64,000 nucleotides of DNA, taken from a candidate division WOR-3 bacterium. GTDB taxonomy: Bacteria > Hydrothermota > Hydrothermia > LBFQ01. Both the position numbers and the translations under genes were made by a program. The notes below the pieces were generated by a model that was not told the DNA's origin, ran no database searches, and was given only the letters and a program-made list of their open reading frames with translations. The stretch lies in the NCBI GenBank assembly GCA_039802605.1, contig JBDRWW010000001.1, positions 64,001 to 128,000 on the forward strand, written 5' to 3'. This document shows, piece after piece, positions 50,172-60,752 of this stretch (positions are counted from its first letter, which is position 1; each line of letters starts with the position of its first letter).

Positions 50172-51161
50172 GTGAAGATCCTGATAAGACTTCCCAACTG
50201 GTTGGGGGATTTCGTTATGTCCTTTGCCTTTTTAAAAAAGGTTAAGGAAGCCTTTGAAGGTTATGATATATTCGCAATTTCAAAACCACAATTTTCACCT
50301 CTATTAAACTTTGTGGGAAGGTTTAATGTTTTTCACTTTTCCAAGGAAATGTACAAAGGGTTTAAGGGCTTGTTTGATTTTTCGCTTTCAATAAGGGGGG
50401 ATTACCAATACTATTTTTCACTTCCCGATTCCCTATCGTCCGCACTAATGGGTTTTTTATCGGGAGCCAAAAGGAGAATAGGATATTCTTCGGAGTTTAG
50501 GGATCTTCTTTTAACGGATGTTCTTAAAAAACCCAAAGTATTACACAGGGTTGAAGAGTATGCCTACCTTTTGAAGGATTTTTTAAAAGAGCCTTTAAAG
50601 GATCTGGATACATCAATAAGCGTTGAACCGGATTTGGAAATACAAAGCCTTAAAGGTTTGAAGGTTGCGATAAACATAAATTCCGAGGCCCAAAGCAGGA
50701 GGATGTCCGTAGAGAAGTGGGCAAGGGTTGTTAATCTCCTCATCAAACGGGTGGATCCATATATAATCCTAACGGGTACAAAGAAAGATACCGAAAGGGT
50801 TAAAAAACTTATAGGTATGATAGATAACGATAAAAAAGTTATCAACCTTTGCGGAAAAACGGATATTTTGGGTTTGGCAAGGGTGTTAAAGGCCGTGGAT
50901 ATAACCATAACCGTTGATTCCGGACCAGCCCACCTCTCAAATTCCGTAGGGACACCAACATTGGTACTGTTCGGCGCAGGAAATGAAAAGAACACATCAC
51001 CGTATTTAAAGAAAGACCTAAAAATATTGCGCTTAAAAAACTTAGAATGTGCCCCGTGTTTAAAAAACAGGTGCAAATATGGGGAACCCATTTGTCTCAA
51101 CCGTTTGGATGAGGGGATAATCGTTGAGGATGCCTTAGCCCTGCTTCAAAAATACCCATAA
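50172..51161 (+). CDS. waaF: LPS heptosyltransferase II (GT9)
   Basis: RLPNWLGD, VDSGPAH, LFG, C.PC...C. Start GTG 50172 has TATAAT 8 nt upstream. Confidence 0.85.
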   Translation: MKILIRLPNWLGDFVMSFAFLKKVKEAFEGYDIFAISKPQFSPLLNFVGRFNVFHFSKEMYKGFKGLFDFSLSIRGDYQYYFSLPDSLSSALMGFLSGAKRRIGYSSEFRDLLLTDVLKKPKVLHRVEEYAYLLKDFLKEPLKDLDTSISVEPDLEIQSLKGLKVAININSEAQSRRMSVEKWARVVNLLIKRVDPYIILTGTKKDTERVKKLIGMIDNDKKVINLCGKTDILGLARVLKAVDITITVDSGPAHLSNSVGTPTLVLFGAGNEKNTSPYLKKDLKILRLKNLECAPCLKNRCKYGEPICLNRLDEGIIVEDALALLQKYP

Positions 51162-52392
51162 AGAAGTATAAACACAGGTTTAAGGCCGTAGTATCAAAAT
51201 TAACCTCAAATATACCTACTAAGGAAAACACCACCCAAACCGAGGCCAAAATAAGGGCGAATATTGAACCGGTTCTGATGTACAATACGGCGTATTTAAG
51301 GATAAAGTAAATGGTTATGATCAATATTAAAGCAAGCCCTATTACACCGGTTTCCGCAAGGGAATTAATATAGACACTGTGGAGGTGTGCGGTGTTATCT
51401 ATAATACCTTTCTCAAAATAAGGTTTTAAATACCCGGAGATTTGGGAGTAGCCCACGCCAAATATTGGATCGCCCTTCCAAATGTTTATACCTATTTCCC
51501 AATATTCCGTGCGTTTTGAAAAAGACCATATTAACTTTGGGGAAAAGGCACTTTTGAAGTAAAAGGCAAAAATTATAGGGAAGGTTGAAAGCAAAACATA
51601 AGGAAAACTCCTAATAAGACCCAACCTTAAAAAGAAAACAAAGGATAGGGCTAAGAGGGTAAAGTATATGTAAAGGTAAGAGTTTGTTAGGATTAAAGCG
51701 TAGAGTGAGGGTATAAACGCCAAGATGAAAAAAGGTGAATAATACAAAGATAGACAAAAAAACATTATGCTTGAAAACGAAAACAGGGATGCGGTATGAT
51801 GCTTATGTCCGTAAAATCCCACAAAATCATGGGTTATATGCCTGTATAAAGGGTTAACGGTAATCTCCCCCATCCTTTTCCACCCCTTTCCGGGCTTTTC
51901 ATCCGTTGCGATTTTATCGCCGAATTTAAATGAAATATTTTTAATCTTTACAAAATCTCCACTTATATACACCTTTTTAGTTTTTTTGAACCCAACTTCG
52001 CAAGTTTTTTCCACACATTGATATTCCGTTAGTCTAATATTTAAAATTCCGAAATTCTTTGATAAAAAACCCAATATGGCGAGGGATGTGGATGATACGG
52101 CAAAGGCATATATAACGACTTTTGGATTACCTTTAAATCCTGAAAATAAGGGATAACCCATCTTATCGTATATATCCTTTATATCAACCGGTATTATGCG
52201 GTTAAATACGAGGGTTATAAACCTCCAAAGATAAAGGATTATTATTAAAAGGAAATCCTTTGGGGGTTTTTCTTTGTTAAAAACCATCAAGAATAAAGCC
52301 AAGGTTAAAGGTACATAGGATGCGGAAATTGAAAACGGGAGTACCAAAGCCATTAAAATTGCCAAAAGGTTATATACCTTTTCCCCTTTCAT
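51097..52392 (-). CDS. O-antigen ligase family membrane protein
   Basis: Multi-TM, R..YW..G...PIFGVG, AHLHSVY...LAETG..G. Start probably ATG 52392. Confidence 0.8.
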   Translation of the reverse strand: MKGEKVYNLLAILMALVLPFSISASYVPLTLALFLMVFNKEKPPKDFLLIIILYLWRFITLVFNRIIPVDIKDIYDKMGYPLFSGFKGNPKVVIYAFAVSSTSLAILGFLSKNFGILNIRLTEYQCVEKTCEVGFKKTKKVYISGDFVKIKNISFKFGDKIATDEKPGKGWKRMGEITVNPLYRHITHDFVGFYGHKHHTASLFSFSSIMFFCLSLYYSPFFILAFIPSLYALILTNSYLYIYFTLLALSFVFFLRLGLIRSFPYVLLSTFPIIFAFYFKSAFSPKLIWSFSKRTEYWEIGINIWKGDPIFGVGYSQISGYLKPYFEKGIIDNTAHLHSVYINSLAETGVIGLALILIITIYFILKYAVLYIRTGSIFALILASVWVVFSLVGIFEVNFDTTALNLCLYFFMGIFEAGLRHPQRLSPHPNG

Positions 52393-53104
52393 AAAGTAAG
52401 GCGTATTTTTGAACATGATACCAGGCTTGCGAAAGTGAAAATATAAGCCCTTCCACACCGTCAAGGATTGCGAGGTTTAGAATGTAATACTTTAAAAAAA
52501 CCATGGGAAAGCGAAAAAATATTTGAAAATATCCCGATTTTTTTGAACTACCGGAAAATAAGGCGGCATATTGTGTGTTCTTCTGCCAATGGTGTAAAAG
52601 GCTCTTATAAGGGTAGTGTATCATCGGATTTTTTAAGGTTAAAACTTTTCCCTCAACCACGAGTTTTTCGTGAACCGGAACATCCGTTATTTTAACCTTT
52701 TCCTTTTTGGCAAGTCTCAAAAGCTTCGTGGGTCTCATCCTTTGAACCCTTCCCATATAAACATTTACCCTCTTTATGTAAAACCCATCGGCCTTGTTTT
52801 CAAGAACAACCCTAGATATTTCCTTTCCCAATTCCGGGGTTATCCTTTCGTCCGCATCAAGGAACAAAACCCAAGGATACGATGCCACCTTTAAAGCCTT
52901 AAACCTCTGGTACGAATAACCCTTCCAAGGGCTTACAAAAGCCTTTGCATTCCTTTTCTTGGCAACTTTTAAGGTTTCATCCCATGAGAAACTGTCAAAA
53001 ATTATAACCTCAAAGGGTATATCTAAGTATTTTAAACTTTCGAACAAATCCGGGATATTTTCACCTTCATCTTTCGTTAGGACTATTACGCTTAACAACC
53101 GCAT
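52370..53104 (-). CDS. Glycosyltransferase family 2 (WaaE/KdtX-like)
   Basis: DSFSWDET, QR..AL, WVLFLDADE, VHE. Promoter spacing suggests TTG 53098 as the start. Confidence 0.87.
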   Translation of the reverse strand: MRLLSVIVLTKDEGENIPDLFESLKYLDIPFEVIIFDSFSWDETLKVAKKRNAKAFVSPWKGYSYQRFKALKVASYPWVLFLDADERITPELGKEISRVVLENKADGFYIKRVNVYMGRVQRMRPTKLLRLAKKEKVKITDVPVHEKLVVEGKVLTLKNPMIHYPYKSLLHHWQKNTQYAALFSGSSKKSGYFQIFFRFPMVFLKYYILNLAILDGVEGLIFSLSQAWYHVQKYALLYERGKGI

Positions 53105-53137
53105 ATTTTAATAGCGAAACGGCCGTATTATAACTTC

Positions 53138-54037
53138 TTGAAACTTTCGGAAATCGTAAAGGAACTCCTTTATGGGGAGGATGGGTATTACACAAAATAT
53201 GTCTCAATTGGTAAAAGGGGGGACTTTTTCACCGCCCCGCATACATCCCCACTTTTTGGATATACAGTGGGGAGATTTTTAAAAAGGGAGGGTGTTAAGT
53301 TTTTTGTGGAGATCGGTGGTGGTGAAGGTTATATGATGGAGGATATACTAAACTTTACGGATTTGGAAGGTGTAATATACGAAATAAGTCCGAAGTTGAA
53401 AAAAATTCAAGGAGAGAGGTTAAAGAAATTTGGTAAAAGGTTTAAGCATATTGAAAAACTTCTAAATGCGGATGCTTACGTTTTAAACGAGGTAATTGAC
53501 GCCCTACCCTTTAACAGGTTTGTGTTTAAGGGCGGAAGGTGGTGGGAATATGAATACATTGATGGGGAATGGGTATTGATGGAAGGAGAACCAGAGGATT
53601 TTGGAATTGAACCTCCTGAGGGGTTTATTTACGATGAAACGGAGAATTTGGAAAGTTTTTTAAAGCAGATTTTTGAAAACACCAAAAGGATTTTGATATT
53701 CGATTACGGTTATGAGGAAGAGGAATTCCCAATTTTGGCACCGGAAGGCACACTTTCGGGATATAAAGAACACAAAGTTTATTACGGTTTTGATGCGTTA
53801 AAAGGGGGTATGGATATAACCCATTTCGTGAATTTCACAAGGATTAAAAGGATAGCGGAAAAGTATAATTTTAAAGTTAAAATAGACCTCCCACAAACGG
53901 AATTTTTGCTCAAATTTGGAATACTGGACATCTTTTATGAAATTGAAGAACACGAGAAAGCGAAGTTATCCGGAGGTTTAAAAACCCTACTGTTCTCCTT
54001 TAAGAACCACAGGGCTTTGTATCTAACATCTTTATAA
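53138..54037 (+). CDS. SAM-dependent methyltransferase, MidA/NDUFAF7 family
   Basis: LY...GYY, GDFFTAP, EIGGGEG, NEVIDALP, FDYG, DITHFVNF. Confidence 0.85.
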   Translation: MKLSEIVKELLYGEDGYYTKYVSIGKRGDFFTAPHTSPLFGYTVGRFLKREGVKFFVEIGGGEGYMMEDILNFTDLEGVIYEISPKLKKIQGERLKKFGKRFKHIEKLLNADAYVLNEVIDALPFNRFVFKGGRWWEYEYIDGEWVLMEGEPEDFGIEPPEGFIYDETENLESFLKQIFENTKRILIFDYGYEEEEFPILAPEGTLSGYKEHKVYYGFDALKGGMDITHFVNFTRIKRIAEKYNFKVKIDLPQTEFLLKFGILDIFYEIEEHEKAKLSGGLKTLLFSFKNHRALYLTSL

Positions 54038-54044
54038 TGCATAC

Positions 54045-55142
54045 TTGAAACTGGGGATATTGGCGTTATTTTTTGATGATGCCCCCAGAGGTATAGGAAA
54101 ATCCACGGGTTTTTTAATAAGGGAGTTCTCACACCTTGAAGGGGATTATGAAATACTTTCGCCCTTAACACCAAATGGAGCAAATTCCGAGAAGTTTAAA
54201 AGGGTATCTCTGGCTTTGGCACCCGCAAGGGGTAGATGGGGAAATGTAAAGAGATTTTTTTGGCAAAACTTCCTCTTAAAATTTCGCAATTACAGAAATG
54301 TATTATCAACATCTTATGAGAGCTCCCTATTGTATTTTGGGAATCAGGCCTTTATCATTCACGATGTTATAAACTTGAAGTTTAGGGATTTCCGTTATCC
54401 ACCCCTAATAAAGTACTATTACAATTTTCAAGCACCTTTGGTTATAAAATTTGGGGCAAAAATTGTGGTTCCGAGCAATGTCGTAAAGGGGGAAATATTG
54501 GAAATTTACAATGTAAAGGAGGAGGATGTAGGGGTTGTTTATTGGGGAATTGATAGGGATATGTATAGGTTTGTTGAGGATAAAGAAGTCTTAAAAAAAT
54601 ATTCCCTTGAACCTTATGGATATATCCTTTATGTGGGCGATGTTATCCATAGAAAGAACATACAACTTATAATAAAAGCCCTACAATTTGTAAAGGATAA
54701 GGTTTTGGTGATAGTGGGAACCCAATTTAAAAAGGTTAAAAACGAATTGGAGGGATTGGCAAATTCCTTAAATGTATACCAAAGGGTGAAATTTTTGGGT
54801 TATGTACCCGATAAGGAACTCATCGCTTTATATTCGCAAGCCTTTGCCTTCGTATATCCATCATTTATCGAGGGTTTTGGAATGCCACCCCTTGAAGCCG
54901 CCTCCTGTGGAACACCTGTTATAGTTTCCGATATTCCCGTTTTTAGAGAACTATATTCGGGATATTTTCTGTTTGTGGATCCGCATAACCCCGAGGATTT
55001 AGCCGAAAAGTTAAAGGGATTGGAAGATGAAGACATAAGAAAGAACATCAAAAAAGGTTATGAAGAACTACTCAAAAAATATACATGGAAAAATTCCGCA
55101 AAAACTTTGCATAACATCCTACAAAATTGGGGATTATTATGA
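54045..55142 (+). CDS. Glycosyltransferase family 4 (MtfB/WbdB-like)
   Basis: IHD, RKN, FVYPS..EGFGMPPLEA..CGTPVI.SD. Confidence 0.9.
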   Translation: MKLGILALFFDDAPRGIGKSTGFLIREFSHLEGDYEILSPLTPNGANSEKFKRVSLALAPARGRWGNVKRFFWQNFLLKFRNYRNVLSTSYESSLLYFGNQAFIIHDVINLKFRDFRYPPLIKYYYNFQAPLVIKFGAKIVVPSNVVKGEILEIYNVKEEDVGVVYWGIDRDMYRFVEDKEVLKKYSLEPYGYILYVGDVIHRKNIQLIIKALQFVKDKVLVIVGTQFKKVKNELEGLANSLNVYQRVKFLGYVPDKELIALYSQAFAFVYPSFIEGFGMPPLEAASCGTPVIVSDIPVFRELYSGYFLFVDPHNPEDLAEKLKGLEDEDIRKNIKKGYEELLKKYTWKNSAKTLHNILQNWGLL

Positions 55143-56179
55143 AAAAGGCTTTAATACTCGCACCCAATAGGTGGGATGGAACCCTTGAAGTGGGTATATT
55201 CAAGTTTGCAAAATTTTTAAAGAACTTGGGATTCGAGATTAGGAGTATAAACCTTGAAGGTTTTAGGTATTTACCGTCTAAAACCTTCGGATGGATATTC
55301 CCCAAAAATTTGGGGAAACAATATAAAATTTTTTGGAACTTAACCCATTATTTAAATTCCTTTAAGGTTTGGGAGAATTGGGATATTTTAATGTGCGATG
55401 CGAGTCATATGTTGTTTTTTGCGAATAGAATAAAGGCAAGGACTAAAATATACCGTTTAAACGATTATTTGGAGGGATTTGGACTCCCATCGTTTTTTGT
55501 AGATGAGGAAAAACGGTTTATAGAGTTATCCCATGCGGTTATTTCCGCCCATTCAACCCTTTCTTACAAGGTTCCGGATAAGGAAAAATTCTTTTTACTA
55601 CCAAACCCCATAGACCTGGAACTTTTTCCGTTAGAAGGTGTAGAAGAACCCCCGGATTTAAAAAACATCCCAAAACCCCGTATTATATATGTTGGGGCGG
55701 TTTATCAATGGTTTGATTGGGAAGCGGTTATATATTGCGCAAAGGAACTAAAAAACCTTTCCTTTGTGATCATTGGCCCATATACGAATATACCAAAGGA
55801 TATTCCCAAGAATGTTTTTATACTCGGGAAGAGGCCTCATACACGGATATACGAATACCTATACCATTGCGATATCGGTTTTATACCCTTCAAGTTATCC
55901 CCCTTGATAACCCATATGGATTATCCCAATAAGGTTTTGGAATATTTTGCAATGGGTTTGCCCGTGGTTAGCATCCATTGGGAGAGCTTTTCCAAAAACT
56001 TCCCGGAGGTTATGTTTTACAAGGAGTATAAGGAAATCCCGCAACTGTTAAAGGAGGCTTTAAAAAGGGGAAAGGATTACGCTTTGAGGGAAAAGGTTTT
56101 GGAGTTTTCATCGGATAAGATTTTTTCCAAATTCAAGGAGATAATTTTAGAATTAACCCACGGAAAAATTACACGGTAG
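55139..56179 (+). CDS. Glycosyltransferase (TuaH/GumK-like GT-B)
   Basis: [13 protein letters not shown]...[25 protein letters not shown] overlap with the upstream gene. Confidence 0.8.
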   Translation: MKKALILAPNRWDGTLEVGIFKFAKFLKNLGFEIRSINLEGFRYLPSKTFGWIFPKNLGKQYKIFWNLTHYLNSFKVWENWDILMCDASHMLFFANRIKARTKIYRLNDYLEGFGLPSFFVDEEKRFIELSHAVISAHSTLSYKVPDKEKFFLLPNPIDLELFPLEGVEEPPDLKNIPKPRIIYVGAVYQWFDWEAVIYCAKELKNLSFVIIGPYTNIPKDIPKNVFILGKRPHTRIYEYLYHCDIGFIPFKLSPLITHMDYPNKVLEYFAMGLPVVSIHWESFSKNFPEVMFYKEYKEIPQLLKEALKRGKDYALREKVLEFSSDKIFSKFKEIILELTHGKITR

Positions 56180-56193
56180 TAAAATCACCGCTT

Positions 56194-57462
56194 ATGTTGG
56201 ATTTGAAATATTTGAGGGAGAAAAGGGATGTCCTTGAAGATGCTTTAAGAAAAAGGGGTTATTCCCTTGATATATTAAAGGAAATAGACGAGGTTGATAA
56301 TATCCGAAGGGAAATAATAACAAAGGCCAACAATTTGAGGGCGAGGAAAAACCAGATATCTAAGGAAATAGCGGTAAGAAAAAAATCCGGTGAAAGTTTG
56401 GATGACCTTTTGGAAGAGGCGAAAAGGATAGACGAAGAATTAAAGGATTTAGAGGAAAAGGAAAGGGAAATGGACAAACGGTTTTGGGAGTTGTGGGCTT
56501 ATATACCCAATATTCCCCACGAATCCGTTCCTGTCGGTAAGGATTCCGAAGACAATGTTGTTGTAAGGGAGTGGGGGAAGCCGAAGGAGTTTGATTTTGA
56601 GCCCAAACCCCATTGGGAGATAGGTGAAATGTTGGGGATTTTGGACTTTGAATCCGCCGCAAAAATTTCGGGTTCAAGGTTTGCAACATATAAGGGGCTG
56701 GGTGCAATCCTTGAAAGGGCTTTAATAAACTTTTTCTTGGATACCCACAGAAGAAACGGTTATATTGAGGTATTTCCCCCTATACTCGTTAAACCCGAAT
56801 CCCTTTTCGCATCGGGGCACCTACCAAAGTTTGAAGAAGAAATGTATTATATGGAAAGGGATAATATGTACCTCATACCCACGGCCGAAGCATCCTTGGC
56901 AAACTTACATAGGGATGAGGTTATACCGGAAGAAAAATTACCTTTATACTATGTTTCCTATACCCCTTGCTTCCGGAGAGAAGCGGGTTCGTACGGAAAG
57001 GATGTCAGGGGAATTATAAGGGTTCATCAGTTTAACAAAGTTGAACTTTTCAAATATACAAAGCCCGAAGAATCTTATAAGGAACACGAAAAGATGGTTA
57101 GGGATGCGGAAAATATACTCCAAATGTTGGGTATTCCATATAGGGTTGTTTTGTTGTGTACGGGTGATATGGGATTTGCGGCAGCCAAGACCTACGATAT
57201 AGAGGTTTGGGCGCCGGGGGTTAGAAGGTGGCTTGAAGCCTCATCGGTATCAAATGTTGAGGATTTTCAGGCAAGGAGGGCGAATATAAGGTTAAAGAGA
57301 AGGGACGGGAAGAAGGAATATGTTCATATGCTAAACGGTTCGGGATTGGCAACCCCTAGGGTGTTTATAGCAATATTAGAAAACTACCAACAAAGGGATG
57401 GAAGCGTTGTGATACCAGAAGTTTTGAGGGAGTATGTTGGAGTTGATGTTATAAGGCCATGA
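56194..57462 (+). CDS. serS: Serine--tRNA ligase
   Basis: Coiled-coil arm, [32 protein letters not shown]. Confidence 0.98.
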   Translation: MLDLKYLREKRDVLEDALRKRGYSLDILKEIDEVDNIRREIITKANNLRARKNQISKEIAVRKKSGESLDDLLEEAKRIDEELKDLEEKEREMDKRFWELWAYIPNIPHESVPVGKDSEDNVVVREWGKPKEFDFEPKPHWEIGEMLGILDFESAAKISGSRFATYKGLGAILERALINFFLDTHRRNGYIEVFPPILVKPESLFASGHLPKFEEEMYYMERDNMYLIPTAEASLANLHRDEVIPEEKLPLYYVSYTPCFRREAGSYGKDVRGIIRVHQFNKVELFKYTKPEESYKEHEKMVRDAENILQMLGIPYRVVLLCTGDMGFAAAKTYDIEVWAPGVRRWLEASSVSNVEDFQARRANIRLKRRDGKKEYVHMLNGSGLATPRVFIAILENYQQRDGSVVIPEVLREYVGVDVIRP

Positions 57463-58271
57463 GGGTTTATATATCCGCGGATATGGAGGGGATATGTGGG
57501 GTTTCGGGTTATGAAGATGTTAATCCATCCTCCCCAAGGTTTGAAAGGGCGTTAAAACTCATGGAATGGGAAGTGGGAAAGGTTTGCGAAATCCTTTTTG
57601 ACAACGGTGTAAAGGATATAACGGTTAATGATGCCCATTGGAATATGAACAATTTACGGATAGAAAACTTGCCAAAGGGGGTAAAACTGATATCGGGTTC
57701 CCCAAAATCCCTATCAATGATGGAAGGAATAGATGGTGGGTACGATTTTTGCATATTTATCGGTTATCACTCCTCATCAACAACACTATACGGGCACTTG
57801 GCTCACACTTACAGTTCAAGAACCGTAAAAAGCATAAGGATAAACGGAGAAGTATGTTCAGAAGCGTATATAAACTCTTTAATATCCGGAAGTTTTGGTG
57901 TTCCCCTTGCCCTCATAAGCGGTGATAAAAAATTAGCGGAGGATGAAAGGGAAAGGTTGAAAGGGGTGGAGTTTGTTATAACAAAAGAGGGTTTGGGTTT
58001 TAACCCTTCAATATTATACCACCCAGAAAAAGTTTTAAAGGACTACGAGGAAAAGATTGGGAAAATATTAAAGGGAAACGGTTATTTACCAAATATGCCC
58101 GAAAGTTTTCTCGTTGAAGTTGAGTTTAAGGATATAAGGATGGCGGATGTGGTGGGTATAAACCCTTATGTTAAAAGGCTTGATGCCTATAAGGTATCAT
58201 TTGAAGAAAGGGATTTTATAAGGGCTTTCAAGTTTTTGAGGAGCTTAATAGTTATGGCCTCCACCGTATAA
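57459..58271 (+). CDS. D-aminopeptidase, peptidase M55 (DppA-like)
   Basis: [28 protein letters not shown]. Confidence 0.92.
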   Translation: MRVYISADMEGICGVSGYEDVNPSSPRFERALKLMEWEVGKVCEILFDNGVKDITVNDAHWNMNNLRIENLPKGVKLISGSPKSLSMMEGIDGGYDFCIFIGYHSSSTTLYGHLAHTYSSRTVKSIRINGEVCSEAYINSLISGSFGVPLALISGDKKLAEDERERLKGVEFVITKEGLGFNPSILYHPEKVLKDYEEKIGKILKGNGYLPNMPESFLVEVEFKDIRMADVVGINPYVKRLDAYKVSFEERDFIRAFKFLRSLIVMASTV

Positions 58272-59583
58272 CCTCTACACCCGGGTAATAGTGTTGAACT
58301 ATATCAACATAATTATACCCCTTTAAAGCCATACCTATTGCACCCATTTGGCACATACCAACCCCATGCCCCCAACCCATACCCCTAAGTACAAACCTAT
58401 CGTCTTTTTGGTAAATCTTAAAAGCGCTTGAAGGCAAAAACGGTTTTCCAAAAACCCGCCTTATAAAGTATTCCCCCTTTAAGTTTATATCCCCGTTATC
58501 CGTTAAAACCTTCATCTCATATATCCTACCGGAATATCCCCTCTTTATACCATCAAAACCGAGGATTTTTTTAATTTCAAAAAACCTTCCCAAGGATGCC
58601 AAAAGATCACCTTCGCTATATTCGATCTCCCACCTGTAAAGGTTTTCTATGCCCGGAAAGTTCAGATTGCAAAATGCATTCCATTGATTTAAGAAATTTT
58701 CAAACCCTTCTTCCGAAGATATATCCTTCAAACCGTTTCCCTCACCATCGTAAAGGTTCATGTTATAAGGCTTATCATCCCCACCCCACACGACCGAAAA
58801 CCTCTCCATAACGCCACCGCAACATTTGGAATACCTCGCCTCTATTGGCTCACCGTTAAAGGTTATGATTTCCCCATCCGTCTCTTCCGCTACATTTAAT
58901 GTTTCATGTGAAACCCTTTCAATGCCCAAATAAACCTGACAGTGATCCTCGGAGCATATATCATAAGGCTCATTTGGATGGTGGGAACCCGCCGTTCTAA
59001 AAAGGTTCGTCCTGGCCGCAAGGGCCTGTGCCTTTAAAGCCTCATAAGGTGCCTTTGGTATCATTTCGGAACCTATAACGGATGCTATGTAATTCTTAAT
59101 ATCAACTATATTTACGGCTTTAACCTTATCACCCCAAGCGTATATATCAAAATCCCCTACAAAATTCAAATCCCTTTTATTTTGCCAATGAAAACCCCTC
59201 CCAACCCACAGGTTTTTTATGGTTATAATTCCAGCGTTTTTTATCCTCAGAGGTGAATCAACAACCCATTCCCCTTTATCGGTCTTAACCCTCAAATTTC
59301 CACCCCAACCCTCAACCCAAACCCTAAACTCACCCTTTATATTTCTTGCCAATTCGTATGCATAAGATATATCATCCACGATATCAACTAGCTCCCATCT
59401 AAACTTAAAAATCTTACCGAAAACCTTTCCGATTTGGGAATGTTTAAAAACGGCGAACTTGATCTTTAAAGTCTTATCGCTATCCGAAAAAACCTCTAAT
59501 CCATCGTATTTTCTACCACCAAGTATTATATCTCCGGAAAGTACAAGTTTATCGTCTTCCGGTAATCCGACTCTTATTAACAT
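58252..59583 (-). CDS. SpoIID/LytB domain lytic transglycosylase
   Basis: SEM...EALKAQALAART, CQVY.G, CGG, GWGHGVGMCQ.GA. Confidence 0.9.
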   Translation of the reverse strand: MLIRVGLPEDDKLVLSGDIILGGRKYDGLEVFSDSDKTLKIKFAVFKHSQIGKVFGKIFKFRWELVDIVDDISYAYELARNIKGEFRVWVEGWGGNLRVKTDKGEWVVDSPLRIKNAGIITIKNLWVGRGFHWQNKRDLNFVGDFDIYAWGDKVKAVNIVDIKNYIASVIGSEMIPKAPYEALKAQALAARTNLFRTAGSHHPNEPYDICSEDHCQVYLGIERVSHETLNVAEETDGEIITFNGEPIEARYSKCCGGVMERFSVVWGGDDKPYNMNLYDGEGNGLKDISSEEGFENFLNQWNAFCNLNFPGIENLYRWEIEYSEGDLLASLGRFFEIKKILGFDGIKRGYSGRIYEMKVLTDNGDINLKGEYFIRRVFGKPFLPSSAFKIYQKDDRFVLRGMGWGHGVGMCQMGAIGMALKGYNYVDIVQHYYPGVEVIRWRP

Positions 59584-60740
59584 CTGAAAGCCTCTATTCC
59601 GGTAATCGCCTCGCCGAGTATAAGTGTATGTATCTCGTATGTGCCTTCATATGTTTCAACGGCTTCCAAATTGGCCAAATGCCTCATTGAATGGTATTCC
59701 GCCAATGTTCCGTTTGCACCTAGTATTGCCCTTGCCCTCCTGGCCACCTCTATTGCCGTTCTTACATTATTCCTCTTTGCCAAAGATACATGCCTAAAAT
59801 TCGCCCTGCCACTATCCATAAGTTCCGCCAACCTCCAAGCGATCAATTGGGCCTCCGTTATTTCGGTGAGCATATCGGCCAACTTCTCCTGAATGAGTTG
59901 AAAGGATGCTATGGGTTTCCCAAAGGCAATCCTCGTTTTGGCATAATTAACGGCTTCTTCAAATGTTGCCATTGCGCTACCAACGGCACCCCATGCTATT
60001 CCATACCTAGCCTGAGTTAAACAACTCAGAGGGGCTTTTAACCCCTCCGCCTTTGGTAGTACATTCTCTTCGGGTACAAAAACATCGTTGAATATCAACT
60101 CCGAGGTTATGGATGCCCTCAAAGAAATCTTTGTCTTTAATTCCTGTGTTGCAAAACCCTCAAAACCCCTTTCAACGAGAAAACCCCTTATAACCCCTTT
60201 TTCATCCTTTGCCCAAACAACGGCGACATCTGCTATTGAACCGTTGGTTATCCACATCTTTGCACCGTTAAGGATATAACCGCCTTTTACCTTTTTTGCA
60301 TGGGTTTTCATAGAACCCGGATCGGAACCCGAATCCGGCTCGGTTAATCCAAAACAACCAACCATATCGCCGGATATGAGTTTGGGCAAAAACCTTTTTT
60401 TCTGCTCATCACTGCCGTATGTTAATATTGGATAAATTACCAAAGAATTCTGAACGGATACAAAACTCCTTATTCCAGAGTCCGCATATTCAAGTTCCCG
60501 GGCAACCAAACCGTATATCCTCTTACTCAGATTTAATCCCCCATATTCTTCGGGTGCGTTAATGCCAAGCAATCCCAACTCTGCAAACCTCTTCACAAGA
60601 TGCATCGGAAAAATCCCCTTTAACCACCAATCCCCTATATAGGGTAGGATTTCTTTTTTAACAAATTCCCTAACCATATCCCTTATCTGCCTTTCTTCCT
60701 CGTTTAAATCCTCATCCAGAAGGTAGAAATCCGCCAACAT
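59577..60740 (-). CDS. gcdH: Acyl-CoA dehydrogenase, glutaryl-CoA dehydrogenase-like
   Basis: DSGIRSFVSVQ.SL, GCFGLTEPDSGSDP, ARYGIAWG, KRNNV, TYEGT. Second ATG (60740) fits the promoter spacing. Confidence 0.8.
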   Translation of the reverse strand: MLADFYLLDEDLNEEERQIRDMVREFVKKEILPYIGDWWLKGIFPMHLVKRFAELGLLGINAPEEYGGLNLSKRIYGLVARELEYADSGIRSFVSVQNSLVIYPILTYGSDEQKKRFLPKLISGDMVGCFGLTEPDSGSDPGSMKTHAKKVKGGYILNGAKMWITNGSIADVAVVWAKDEKGVIRGFLVERGFEGFATQELKTKISLRASITSELIFNDVFVPEENVLPKAEGLKAPLSCLTQARYGIAWGAVGSAMATFEEAVNYAKTRIAFGKPIASFQLIQEKLADMLTEITEAQLIAWRLAELMDSGRANFRHVSLAKRNNVRTAIEVARRARAILGANGTLAEYHSMRHLANLEAVETYEGTYEIHTLILGEAITGIEAFRC

Positions 60741-60752
60741 AAGCATTTAATT

